This document shows, piece after piece, positions 30,154 through 39,694 of a DNA stretch of 64,000 bases. The stretch lies in contig JBPCLP010000016.1 in the NCBI GenBank assembly GCA_051003195.1, positions 3,158 through 67,157 of the forward strand, read 5' to 3'. The notes below the pieces were generated by a model, which saw only the letters and a program-made list of their open reading frames with translations, was not told where the DNA came from and searched no databases. The stretch is from Candidatus Sumerlaeaceae bacterium. GTDB lineage: Bacteria > Sumerlaeota > Sumerlaeia > Sumerlaeales > Sumerlaeaceae. The stretch's first letter is position 1. Every line of letters starts with the position of its first letter. A program made the translations under genes and the position numbers.

Positions 30154-30744
30154 ATGGCCGGAAACAACATATTCTGCCTCGAAGGTGATTGGTCAGGCAA
30201 CCTGAAGAAGCCAAATTCCGTTCGGCCGATACTGGAACTGCTTTCCAGGACGGAACCGTATGCTCCAAAGCATATCTATCGTGGACTGGGTACCGTAGAA
30301 GAATTTGAATACTACCTGCGCGAGTGGAGGAAAAAGCAGTACCGTGACTACCCCATTCTTTATCTCGCGTTCCACGGCGACTGCGGGGAGCTTTGCGTTG
30401 AGGCAACGCGTGGTGGGAGTATACGCGTTAGCCTGGATGATCTGGAGACGCTACTGCAAGGCAAGTGCCACCGGCGTATGATTCATATAGGCGCCTGCGA
30501 TTCCGCAATGTGGCATGGCAACAGGGTGCAGACGTTTCTTAGAACAACCGGTGCTGTGGCGCTGATGGGCTACGAAGCCCAGGTCGACTGGACGGTCTCG
30601 ACTGCTTTTGAGCTACTTCTATTTGACTGCATCCAAGAATGGTCGATGACTAAGCACGGTGCTAACGCGATAAAGAAGCGCATGAAGGCCCACTACCCGG
30701 ACATGGTAAGAAAGCTTGGGTTTAAGGTCGTGGTACGTAAGTAA
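30154..30744 (+). CDS. Hypothetical protein with clan-CD (caspase-like) His-Gly/Ala-Cys dyad pattern
   Basis: The hydrophobic strand ILYLAFHGDCG and a later strand IHIGACDSA fit the caspase/gingipain catalytic-dyad spacing. It is co-directional with, and 53 nt downstream of, the MTase gene. Confidence 0.35.
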   Translation: MAGNNIFCLEGDWSGNLKKPNSVRPILELLSRTEPYAPKHIYRGLGTVEEFEYYLREWRKKQYRDYPILYLAFHGDCGELCVEATRGGSIRVSLDDLETLLQGKCHRRMIHIGACDSAMWHGNRVQTFLRTTGAVALMGYEAQVDWTVSTAFELLLFDCIQEWSMTKHGANAIKKRMKAHYPDMVRKLGFKVVVRK

Positions 30745-31149
30745 TTTTTCGCCGGGACGCGGCGACCGTCGACGATCAAACTTTCTTACTGAAGCTCTCA
30801 TCAGCATGGCACGACGAGCAACGGCCCTCAGCCGGAGTTGCAGCCACGCACCAGCGCACGTTCGTCCCAAAATCTTTTTCGACTTTATTGGAGTTAGCCC
30901 ACCCTAAGGTGACGCCAGGGAAGTGACACGTCCCCCCAAACTGGTGTAAACGTGACCACGTAGTAAAGCTGAACACGTTCTTTGACAACTATGCAGCCCG
31001 AACGCCGTGACCGACGGCAGAGGGACCTCTGCGCCCAATCCACGTGGCATTTTGCGTCCCTGCGACTGGCGGAAAAAGCCGCGCATCCGGCAAGCCCCAC
31101 TACACAGGGCACCACTGGGCCCTGGCGAATTCTTACGCGAGGATTACCG

Positions 31150-31505
31150 TTTTTCAAGTGGCGAAATTACCCCACTTGAAAAACTTGAATACATGTCCAA
31201 CCCTTTCAAGCTTCTACACCTCAAACTTGAAAAAAAACTTGAAAAACTTGAAAACTTGAAAGCGTCCACCACCACCGCCCGCGCCCTCGCACCCTCACAT
31301 CATTCCAGCATATTCGTGTGCATTCGTGGATAAAAACTACCGCCGCGCCTTACTGCCGTCCTTGCCGCCGACGATTCCGAGTCCGGACGGAAATCAAAGG
31401 GCGAAATTACCCGTTTTCGCCTGTTTGATTTATCTGAAACACTTTCAAGCTTCCGCGCCGCAAGTTTGAATTCCTTTGAAAACTCTTTGAAAACTTTGAA
31501 AAGCC
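31150..31505. repeat. Two roughly 100-bp direct repeat units (GCGAAATTACCC...CTTTCAAGCTTC...) each followed by (A)AACTTGAAAA tandem repeats
   Basis: I read them directly in the 830-bp intergenic tract. Confidence 0.6.
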
Positions 31506-31577
31506 TCACCGCAGTCTGACTAACCGGGGACGACTAACCGGGCAGCTACACTTACATGACTACCTGCGGGATCACGA

Positions 31578-32423
31578 TCACGCCCGGGGCGGTATCGGCT
31601 CCACCTTGGCGGATAAACCGGGCTCCGGCTCGGGGCCCCGCGCACGAAGATCGTTCTCTTTCATTCCTCCGAACACCCGCAGCATTTCCATCGGAACCGG
31701 GAATATGATGGTGCTGGATTTTTCGGCTGAGATTTCCACCAGCGTCTGCAGGTAGCGCATCTGCATGGCCATGGGATGCTGGCCCATCATGTCGGCTGCC
31801 ATCACGAGTTTCTCGGCGCTCTGGTATTCGCCTTCCGCGCCGATTACCTTCGCGCGGCGTTCGCGCTCGGCTTCGGCCTGGCGGGCCATGGCACGCTGCA
31901 TTTCCTGCGGCAGATCGACTTTCTTGATCTCCACGGTGCTGATTTTTACACCCCAGGGTTCCGTCTGGCGGTCGAGGATCGTCTGAAGCTCCAGGTTCAG
32001 CTTCTCCCGCTCCGTCAACAGCTCATCCATTTCCTGCTGCCCGAGCACGCTTCGCAATGTCGTTTGCGCCATCTGGCTGGTCGCGAACAGGTAATCTTCC
32101 ACGGCGACGATGGACTTGGCCGGGTCTACCACCTGGAAATAGACGACCGCGTTGACATGGACAGAGACGTTATCGCGCGTAATGATGTCCTGCGGCGGCA
32201 CATCCAGCGCCACCGTACGCAGGCTTACACGGACCATGGTATCAATGGGTTTCAGCACAAGAATTACGCCCGGACCCTTGGCACGCGGACGCAGCCGGCC
32301 CAGCCGAAAAACGACGGCGCGCTCGTACTCCTGCAGGATTCGAACGCACATGAGCAGATAGACTGCCAGGATCAAAAACACGACGAACAGAAGACCGGTT
32401 ATATCAGGAAACTGCGGGTTCAT
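31578..32423 (-). CDS. SPFH/band-7 (stomatin-like) membrane protein
   Basis: An N-terminal TM helix is followed by an SPFH core ([22 protein letters not shown]...) and a coiled-coil C-terminus. Confidence 0.85.
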   Translation of the reverse strand: MNPQFPDITGLLFVVFLILAVYLLMCVRILQEYERAVVFRLGRLRPRAKGPGVILVLKPIDTMVRVSLRTVALDVPPQDIITRDNVSVHVNAVVYFQVVDPAKSIVAVEDYLFATSQMAQTTLRSVLGQQEMDELLTEREKLNLELQTILDRQTEPWGVKISTVEIKKVDLPQEMQRAMARQAEAERERRAKVIGAEGEYQSAEKLVMAADMMGQHPMAMQMRYLQTLVEISAEKSSTIIFPVPMEMLRVFGGMKENDLRARGPEPEPGLSAKVEPIPPRA

Positions 32424-32528
32424 ACGTGTGCTCCTCGCATTGTTGTTTGGCAGCACTTATCCGCAGCCCAACTGCGGGTGACAAGCAAATAGCAGAACCG
32501 GTATTTGTCCGACCGTCCGGCAGTCTCA

Positions 32529-32873
32529 CTATGGCCTGCGGTCCCCAGTCAAACCCGGTGCCGCCGGCACATTGTCCAGCTCGATAACCTTCATGCCCAG
32601 CGCGCGGGCGATGTGTACCTCCAGCGATGCTCCACGGGAGTGTTCCCATCCGGGTAAAACCGCCAGCGTTTGGCACCGAGTGACGATGAGCGCGATGTCG
32701 CGGCGCAGACATCCCGCCCAATCGACGCCCGAGAACTCGTCCTCAATCCGCGCAGGGTTAATGACAACATAGCCCAGCGCGGTGAGGCGCTCTTCGGCTT
32801 CATGAAATGCGGTGTGATTCATCCCGGGTATGCCGCGCATCGGTCCGGCTATGTAGATGCAGTCGTAACTCAA
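32529..32873 (-). CDS. DUF4406 domain protein (nucleoside 2-deoxyribosyltransferase-like fold)
   Basis: It has the IYIAGPMRG...FHEAEERLTALGYVVINP...LPGWEHSRGASLEVHIARALG pattern typical of DUF4406. Confidence 0.5.
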   Translation of the reverse strand: MSYDCIYIAGPMRGIPGMNHTAFHEAEERLTALGYVVINPARIEDEFSGVDWAGCLRRDIALIVTRCQTLAVLPGWEHSRGASLEVHIARALGMKVIELDNVPAAPGLTGDRRP

Positions 32874-33074
32874 AACATCTCATCCTGTTCGGATTCAGGT
32901 TCGTACGGTCTGGACGGAGACCATATCAAACGGATTTACACAACAGCCGGCTCTTTGCAAGTGCGTCTCGCGGGGGTGCGTGCAGTTCGATACGGCTGCC
33001 ACAGCACATCTACGTCATTACATGTTTGCACTGGCGATTGCGCAATTGACGAAATGATCTGAGTCGCGAAGCTT

Positions 33075-34826
33075 TTGGAGGGGCTTGTCTTGAATATATT
33101 GATTTCGTCTCGTGGTTGTTTATCGCGGACTTTCTGGGTATCTGTTTTCCTGGCGGCATCTCTGCACGACGTCGCTGCGCAATCGGCCGCAGGGGCTTCG
33201 ACCACTGCGACGACTGGCCAGCGGCGCCGAGCGCCCCGCGTGTCGGATCTGGAGACACCCGCGCCCACTCCCAAGCCTGGGGAAGTGGTCTCCACGCCCG
33301 CAATACCGCTGGGTGCACAACCGGTGGAGAAGTCGGCTGATACGACATCAAGCAAGGGTGCCGAGAAGAAAGACGAAAAAACAAAAGCATCGGACGCCAG
33401 CACTTCGGCCAGTGAGGAGCCGGTCGTTACCAGGCACACACTCAAGCTGAGTTCGGGGGCACTCGATTACACGGCCACGGCAGCATTTCTGCCACTGAAA
33501 AACGAGAACGGGGATACCGAGGCAAAAGTGTTCCACATGTTTTACGCTCTGGGCGACAAGCCGGAGGGTCACACCACGCGACCCCTGGTGTTCCTGTTCA
33601 ACGGTGGGCCGGGTTCCTCATCCATCTGGCTGCACATGGGTGCTTTTGGTCCGCGGCGCGCGCGGTTGCGGGACGACGGTACGCTTCCCCCGCCGCCGTA
33701 TGAGCTTGTCGACAACGAAGAGACGCTATTGCGCGACGCGGACCTGGTGTTTGTTGATCCGGTAGGTTCCGGCTTCAGCCGTCCGAGTAAACCTGAGAAA
33801 GGTAAGGATTTCTGGGGCGCACGGCAGGATCTGGAATCGATGAGCGAGTTTGTGCGGCTGTTCCTGGTGCGTAATAGTCGCATGCGATCCGCGCTTTTCC
33901 TTGCGGGTGAAAGTTATGGAACGTTTCGCGCCGCGGGATTGACGAACAAGCTGCTCGATAAGAATATTGCGCTTAATGGAATCGTGCTTGTCTCGACGAT
34001 CCTGGATTTCCGGCCGCAGAGCGCGTCGCGCGGCAACGAGGTGCCTTATGCCATCTATCTGCCGACATTTACGGCGGCAGCCTGGGTGCACAAGAAGCTG
34101 CCCGCTGACCTGCAGCGGCGCAGCCTGAACGAAGCACTCCGCGAAGCGGAGCAGTGGGCCATGACAAGCTACACGCTGGCGCTGGTAAAAGGGGCGGGAC
34201 TTGCTCCTGCGGAACGCGACGCGATCACCACCGGGCTGGCGCGCTACACCGGGCTGTCGCCGCAGTTCATTACCGATTGTGATCAGCGCATCGACGAATG
34301 GCGTTTCCGCAAAGAACTGTTACGGCAGACCAGGCGCAGCTTATCGGCCTATGATGCGCGGCTGCTGGCCATCGAGCCGCACGCCATCGGCGACGCACCC
34401 GATTATGATCCGCTGCTCAACGTCATGGGCGCTCCGTTCACGATGCTGTTCAACGATTACGTTCGCAATGAGCTCGGTTACAAGACTGACGCGGAATACG
34501 TGACGATCAGCGGGAAGGCAAATGGCGCATGGGATTACGGCAATCCGCGCGAAGATGATTTCATGGACATGACCGAGAATCTGCGCCGCGCGATGAGCCG
34601 CAACCAGGCAATGCGTGTGCTGGTTGCGCGCGGATTGTACGATTTCGCGACTCCGTATTTCGCTGCCGCCTACACGTTCGGTCACCTCGGGCTGGATCCC
34701 GCTGTGCAGGCCAACGTTGAGACGACCGATTATGAGGGCGGGCACATGATGTATATAGACAAGGCCGGACGGCAGAAACTGACGAACGATGTGAGTGGGT
34801 TCATTGGCAAATCGCTGGGGCGCTGA
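33075..34826 (+). CDS. Peptidase S10 serine carboxypeptidase family protein
   Basis: It has NGGPGSSS and GESYG catalytic-serine motifs and a signal-peptide-like N-terminus. The exact start is uncertain. Confidence 0.7.
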   Translation: MEGLVLNILISSRGCLSRTFWVSVFLAASLHDVAAQSAAGASTTATTGQRRRAPRVSDLETPAPTPKPGEVVSTPAIPLGAQPVEKSADTTSSKGAEKKDEKTKASDASTSASEEPVVTRHTLKLSSGALDYTATAAFLPLKNENGDTEAKVFHMFYALGDKPEGHTTRPLVFLFNGGPGSSSIWLHMGAFGPRRARLRDDGTLPPPPYELVDNEETLLRDADLVFVDPVGSGFSRPSKPEKGKDFWGARQDLESMSEFVRLFLVRNSRMRSALFLAGESYGTFRAAGLTNKLLDKNIALNGIVLVSTILDFRPQSASRGNEVPYAIYLPTFTAAAWVHKKLPADLQRRSLNEALREAEQWAMTSYTLALVKGAGLAPAERDAITTGLARYTGLSPQFITDCDQRIDEWRFRKELLRQTRRSLSAYDARLLAIEPHAIGDAPDYDPLLNVMGAPFTMLFNDYVRNELGYKTDAEYVTISGKANGAWDYGNPREDDFMDMTENLRRAMSRNQAMRVLVARGLYDFATPYFAAAYTFGHLGLDPAVQANVETTDYEGGHMMYIDKAGRQKLTNDVSGFIGKSLGR

Positions 34827-34930
34827 GTATGGACCCAGCTAAACTCCGGAAAGTAGCTATTGTATTGGGAACCGCTATTACTTAGAGGTGTCTATCAAAG
34901 GGCTCACGTTCCCGCTGGAGGTTTGCTGAC

Positions 34931-36388
34931 TTGTTGACGTTACGCGCGGCTGTTGCCGCGCTGCTGGCTTGCTTTTGTACCGGGGTGTTCGCAGCCCCCA
35001 CGGAATATCGCGCGCTCTGGGTGGATGTATTTCATAAAGGCCTGCGCACGCGCGCGGAAGCCGACGACATGCTCGCGACCGCGCGTGCCGCAAATTACAA
35101 TGCGATCGTCATCCAGGTGCGCAAAGCGTGCGACGCCTATTACGACAGTGGAGTGGAACCGAAAAACCCTGCCGTTGAGCCCGGTTTCAACCCGCTGGAG
35201 TACATCATTCAGCGGGCGCACAGCACCGCGGGCAAGCAACGGCGCATCGAGGTGCACGCATGGCTGGTCGCGTACCGCACACGTCTTCCGAACGATGATC
35301 TGTGGAAGAGTCCGAACCACATCTTCCAACAGCACCCGGAGTGGCTGGGCATGCGGGCGGACGGATCGCGTGAGGACAAGGGCGAGAACCCAGGTCGTTA
35401 CTACCTGGATCCCGGAATTCCACAGGTAATCGATTATAATCTGAGCGTCGTGCGTGACATTCTTTCGCGCTACGATATCGATGGAATTCACTACGATTAT
35501 ATCCGCTACCCAGAGGGAAAGGGCGATGGGAATCCCTGGGGGTATAATCCAGTTTCCCTGGCGCGCTTCAATGCGCAGTACGCCCGCACCGGCAAGCCTG
35601 CTGCGGATGATCCGCAGTTCTCCGAATTTCGGAGGCAGCAGATTTACGACCAGGTGCGAAAGGTGTACGCACATGTGCGTGCGTGGCGGCCGCGCGTGAA
35701 GGTGAGCGTCGCCGCGATTACCTGGGGTGATGTGGATAAGGGATTTGAGCGGAGCAGCGCGTACACTAACATCATGCAGGACTGGCCGCAGATGGCGCAG
35801 GATGGTTTTTTGGATGTGATCTTTCCCATGAACTACAAACGGGAGAAGGTATCGGCGCAGGCCCGGTCGCATCGCACCTGGGCCCGCTTTCTTGGAGAAG
35901 TGGCGGAACGTTCGGGCCGCTTTGGTGTGAACGGCGTGGACGGTGAGGAACTCAATAGCGTCGACGGAATCCTCGCCCAGATTCGGGATACGCGCAGTTT
36001 GCCGGGTATCGATGGCATCATCACATATTGCTACGCGCAGCCGCGTGCCGGGTCCGGGCGAAGGCCAACACCCGACATCGAATTCTTTAACACCATCCGG
36101 CAGCAGGCGTTTCCGGATGTGATCGACGTCCCGGATGCGATGTGGCTCAGCCGGCCTTCCGAGGGTTTGGTGAAGGGAATCGTCACTCGTGGCGGTATGC
36201 CGGCGGATGGCGCAGTCGTGCGCATGGGCGGACGCAGTGCCCGGACGGACGGTACAGGCTTCTATGCATTTGCGCGAGTGCCCGCGGGGCAGGTACAGGT
36301 GCGCGCCGAAGATGCGCAGGGAATTATCGGTGGTAGATCGGCACAGGTGCAGCCGGGCGCCGTGGCGGAAGCGCCGATCGGGGGCTAA
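34931..36388 (+). CDS. Glycoside-hydrolase-like family 10 (YddW/YngK-type) lipoprotein with C-terminal carboxypeptidase-regulatory-like domain
   Basis: It has a signal peptide and the LWVD and IDGIHYDYIRYP motifs. The C-terminus carries a GFYAF..VPAGQVQV beta-sandwich. Confidence 0.7.
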   Translation: MLTLRAAVAALLACFCTGVFAAPTEYRALWVDVFHKGLRTRAEADDMLATARAANYNAIVIQVRKACDAYYDSGVEPKNPAVEPGFNPLEYIIQRAHSTAGKQRRIEVHAWLVAYRTRLPNDDLWKSPNHIFQQHPEWLGMRADGSREDKGENPGRYYLDPGIPQVIDYNLSVVRDILSRYDIDGIHYDYIRYPEGKGDGNPWGYNPVSLARFNAQYARTGKPAADDPQFSEFRRQQIYDQVRKVYAHVRAWRPRVKVSVAAITWGDVDKGFERSSAYTNIMQDWPQMAQDGFLDVIFPMNYKREKVSAQARSHRTWARFLGEVAERSGRFGVNGVDGEELNSVDGILAQIRDTRSLPGIDGIITYCYAQPRAGSGRRPTPDIEFFNTIRQQAFPDVIDVPDAMWLSRPSEGLVKGIVTRGGMPADGAVVRMGGRSARTDGTGFYAFARVPAGQVQVRAEDAQGIIGGRSAQVQPGAVAEAPIGG

Positions 36389-36531
36389 GAAGGAGCCACT
36401 GAAATTGGTACAGGCTTACGGTGTTTCCGGCGGTGTGCACTCTGACATTATCCCAGTGTGCCGAATCAATAGTTCGTTACCAGACCGAAGTCAAACTTAC
36501 CCTCGATTCGGCACACAGAACTGATTACGAA

Positions 36532-36927
36532 CTAGCGGTCGACCACACCAGCATTATCCAGTACCACAACTGCTGCGGCGTGGCTGTTTGTATGGGTGAG
36601 GCTCACGTGCATGTGCGTGATTGCCCGTTCGTTGGCCAGTTCCAGGGCGCGACCAATTACTCGCAGCTCGGGTTTGCCACTGGGCAGGTTTTCAATTCCG
36701 ACATCTTTCCAGCTGATAGCATTGCTTAGCCCTGTCCCCAGCGCTTTCAGAAATGCTTCCTTTGCCGCGAAACGTGCCGCGAAGTGCAACGGCGGGTGCG
36801 GCAGCCCGTTGCAGTACGCACGCTCGACCTCTGTGAAGATGCGCTTTTGAAAACGCTCACCGAAACGCTGCAGGCTTTCCTCGATTCGCGCGACCTCGAC
36901 CATATCGAGGCCAATGCCGTAGATCAT
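36532..36927 (-). CDS. acpS: Holo-[acyl-carrier-protein] synthase
   Basis: MIYGIGLDMVEVARIE matches the AcpS N-terminus. The start overlaps the upstream stop (ATGA). Confidence 0.85.
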   Translation of the reverse strand: MIYGIGLDMVEVARIEESLQRFGERFQKRIFTEVERAYCNGLPHPPLHFAARFAAKEAFLKALGTGLSNAISWKDVGIENLPSGKPELRVIGRALELANERAITHMHVSLTHTNSHAAAVVVLDNAGVVDR

Positions 36928-37976
36928 CAGGCCGAAGCGCCAGTCCATAAGGGTGGATCCAGGTGCGGAAGCGCGCCATTGTACTTACGAATGCCATCGA
37001 GTATTTTATACCCGTGGTCGCGACTGTTTTCGATGAAGATCTCATTACTGATGTCACCCGCGGCAATGACACCGGCAACGAACAGGCCGGGAACATTGGT
37101 CTCGAATGTGTCGGGATCGATCCGTGGCCGGCGCGTTACAGGATCCACCACCACGCCGGCGCTGCTCAGCAGGCCCGTCTCTGGACGGTAGCCGGTCATC
37201 GCGAGCACAAAATCGTTCTCGAGCCGTTGCGTCGTGCCACGCGAGTTTTGCACGACGATTTCGTGCGGCAGAATTTCGCATATCGTCGTCCCCAATAGCG
37301 CGCGAATTTCGCCATTCCTGATGCGATTTTCGAGGTCGGGCTGGAGCCACCATTTCAGCGGCTCCAGCTTTTCGCCGCGGTAAATCAGCGTGACTTCAGC
37401 GCCGGCCCGCCATAGCAGAAGTGCGGCCTCTGCCGCACCGTTGCGTCCACCCACGACCGCCACCTTCTGCCCCACGTACGGATGCACTTCCCTGTAGTAG
37501 TGAGAGACCTTGTGCAGCTCCTCGCCGGGAACGTTCATGAGCTTCGGAAGTTCGTACGCGCCGGTCGCTACGACGACAAATTGCGCACGGACTATAAACG
37601 ATCGCCCCCATTCATCAGTTCCATGCACAACGAAGCCGCTGTCCGTTTCACGTTCGAGGGTGTCGACTCGATGGCCTGTCAGCACCTGGATTTGTTTGTC
37701 ACGCATGTAGCGGCGAAGGTAATTCAGGTACTCCTCGCGCGTGGGCTTGTCTTCCGTCAGCACGAGCGGATAACCCGGCAGTTCCACATTCGCCGCGGTC
37801 GAGAAGAACTTCATGTAATACGGCCACTGCGTAATCGCCTGCGCCAGCGCACCTTTTTCATAGCACGCAACCCGCAGCCCGGCCTGCTGCAGTACCGCGG
37901 CCGCGGCCAGCGCGGCCGGACCTGAGCCGACTATGAGGACGTCGATAGGCTGGCGGGGGCGGCTATTGTCCTGCAT
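36927..37976 (-). CDS. FAD/NAD(P)-dependent oxidoreductase, thioredoxin-reductase-like (YpdA-type)
   Basis: It has the DVLIVGSGPAALAAA FAD motif and a second Rossmann motif, VAVVGGRNGAAE. Confidence 0.65.
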   Translation of the reverse strand: MQDNSRPRQPIDVLIVGSGPAALAAAAVLQQAGLRVACYEKGALAQAITQWPYYMKFFSTAANVELPGYPLVLTEDKPTREEYLNYLRRYMRDKQIQVLTGHRVDTLERETDSGFVVHGTDEWGRSFIVRAQFVVVATGAYELPKLMNVPGEELHKVSHYYREVHPYVGQKVAVVGGRNGAAEAALLLWRAGAEVTLIYRGEKLEPLKWWLQPDLENRIRNGEIRALLGTTICEILPHEIVVQNSRGTTQRLENDFVLAMTGYRPETGLLSSAGVVVDPVTRRPRIDPDTFETNVPGLFVAGVIAAGDISNEIFIENSRDHGYKILDGIRKYNGALPHLDPPLWTGASA

Positions 37977-37993
37977 GGAGTTCGACTTTCACT

Positions 37994-38026
37994 AAAATGG
38001 AAAAGCGGTCCGCCGGTGCGGACCGC
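37994..38026 (-). terminator. Rho-independent terminator downstream of ndk
   Basis: A perfect 9-bp stem, GCGGTCCGC/GCGGACCGC, is followed on the minus strand by a U-rich tract. Confidence 0.65.
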
Positions 38027-38096
38027 ACTCCAGGTTCGATGTTCGACCACTTACGCATTCTTTTCTGCTATCGCGGCTACGGACTTGTATGCGTAA

Positions 38097-38513
38097 TTAC
38101 GCGAGTTCGCTGTCTTTGAAGAAGTTGGCGATTTCGATTTTGGCGCGTTCCGGGGAGTCGCTGCCGTGCACCAGGTTCTCGGTGGTACTGAATGCGAAGT
38201 CGCCGCGGATGGTTCCAGACGCCGCTTCGGTGTGTTTGGTTTTTCCCATCATGGCGCGGGTGAGGGCGACGACATCATCACCTTCGAGCACCATTGCGAC
38301 GACAGGGCCGCTGAGCACAAAATCTTCAAGCTCCGGATAGAATGCCTTCTCCACGTGCTCTTCGTAATGCTTGCGCGCGAGGTCTTTTGTAAACGTCAGC
38401 ATTTTTATTCCGACGAGACGCAGGCCCTTCTTCTCGAAGCGCGAGACAATCTCTCCAACAAGCCCGCGCCGTACGCCGTCGGGTTTTACAAATATCAATG
38501 TCCTCTCAGCCAT
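38097..38513 (-). CDS. ndk: Nucleoside diphosphate kinase
   Basis: [29 protein letters not shown]...NLVHGSDS is the canonical NDK sequence, including the active-site His. Confidence 0.95.
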   Translation of the reverse strand: MAERTLIFVKPDGVRRGLVGEIVSRFEKKGLRLVGIKMLTFTKDLARKHYEEHVEKAFYPELEDFVLSGPVVAMVLEGDDVVALTRAMMGKTKHTEAASGTIRGDFAFSTTENLVHGSDSPERAKIEIANFFKDSELA

Positions 38514-38551
38514 TGGCTTATGCTTCTCCTCATGTAGTGTATTACTGCTTG

Positions 38552-39694
38552 TTACTGCTCCCTCAGTTCGAACAGCGAAGTCGAAACTTCGGCTCCTCCG
38601 CGGGGCCGCGTTCCACGCAGTCCCCGCCGGCGTGAACCGCTGGGCAGCAGGCCTTCCGGTCGAAAACGGATCATCAGCACCAGGATGATGCCGTAGGAAA
38701 TCATGCGCATATCGGGCACCCAGGGCAGGCCGCGCAGCCACGTTGCGCCTTCCGGCCACCACTTCATTACGTCCGCCAGGTACATCGCCGGGCTCTGTCG
38801 CAGCAGCTCACCCAACGCGACCAGAACAACCGCTCCAACCACCGGGCCAATGACCGTTCCCATGCCTCCGAGCACCAGGTAGGCGAGGACCGACACGCTT
38901 ACCATGAAATCGAAGTTACGATAATCGGCCATGGTGAAGTATGAGACCACAAATGCGCCCGCAAGGGCGCCGATGGCTGCGCTAATCGCAAACGCGATCG
39001 TCTTATACCACATCGCATTGATCCCGCAGGCTTCGGCGGCGACTTCGTCTTCGCGCAAAGCGGTCCACGCGCGGCCAAGCCGCGAACGTAGCAGCCGATG
39101 CGCCACGAACATCGTCACCCCCAGCAGCGCTGCCACGAGATACCAGTACGCGTTGCGGTGCGTCCCGAGAATGGAAAATTCGTAATGACCAACACCCGGA
39201 ATCCACAGGCTGGGCCTAGGCACACGCGGGAAACCGCGAGGCCCGCCCGTTATGCTGACCGAGTTGCGTGCGACCATGTTGACCAACTCGCCAAATCCGA
39301 ACGTTACGATCGCAAAATAATCGCCCGTCAGACGCAGCGTCGGCAGCCCAAGCACCACCCCCCAGAATGCCCCATGCACAACACTGGCCAGCATTGCGAG
39401 CCAGAACGAAAAATGAAAATCGCGCATCAGAATGCCCGCGGTGTACGCGCCAATCAGCATGAAGCCGGCGAACCCCAGGTTCAATAAGCCGCAGTAACCA
39501 ACGATAATGTTTAATCCCAGTGCACCAATGGCCGAGTAGCCGCCGAGGATAAGAATGTTAATACCGTTGGTGTAGCCGGTGGGGGAGAGAAGACTGTGCA
39601 GCATCCAGGGTGCGACAAAAACAAAGGCGACAAAACCAACGATCGGAAGTGCGCGCCGCAGCACCAGCAGCTTTCGAGAAGCCTGGTCCATCAT
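38552..39694 (-). CDS. Branched-chain amino acid ABC transporter permease (LivM-type)
   Basis: The TM profile and conserved LivM-like blocks fit. Its stop and start overlap with livH. Confidence 0.8.
   Translation of the reverse strand: MMDQASRKLLVLRRALPIVGFVAFVFVAPWMLHSLLSPTGYTNGINILILGGYSAIGALGLNIIVGYCGLLNLGFAGFMLIGAYTAGILMRDFHFSFWLAMLASVVHGAFWGVVLGLPTLRLTGDYFAIVTFGFGELVNMVARNSVSITGGPRGFPRVPRPSLWIPGVGHYEFSILGTHRNAYWYLVAALLGVTMFVAHRLLRSRLGRAWTALREDEVAAEACGINAMWYKTIAFAISAAIGALAGAFVVSYFTMADYRNFDFMVSVSVLAYLVLGGMGTVIGPVVGAVVLVALGELLRQSPAMYLADVMKWWPEGATWLRGLPWVPDMRMISYGIILVLMIRFRPEGLLPSGSRRRGLRGTRPRGGAEVSTSLFELREQ

Noticed and set aside
31140-31510. Possible CRISPR array from the AACTTGAAAA repeats
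   Set aside because: The repeats are only about 9-10 bp and irregular, with no spacer periodicity and no cas genes. It is a simple tandem or low-complexity repeat, not CRISPR.
18900-31600. Whether the whole 18.9-31.6 kb stretch is a single integrated mobile element
   Set aside because: I saw no integrase, transposase, tRNA target or flanking direct repeats. The GC dip is patchy (18.9-20.5 kb, the MTase TRD, 30.75-31.56 kb) rather than uniform. I treated it as a mosaic of accessory insertions rather than one defined element.
34940-35872. 310-aa minus-strand ORF inside the GHL10 gene
   Set aside because: It is an antisense shadow of a well-supported plus-strand gene.
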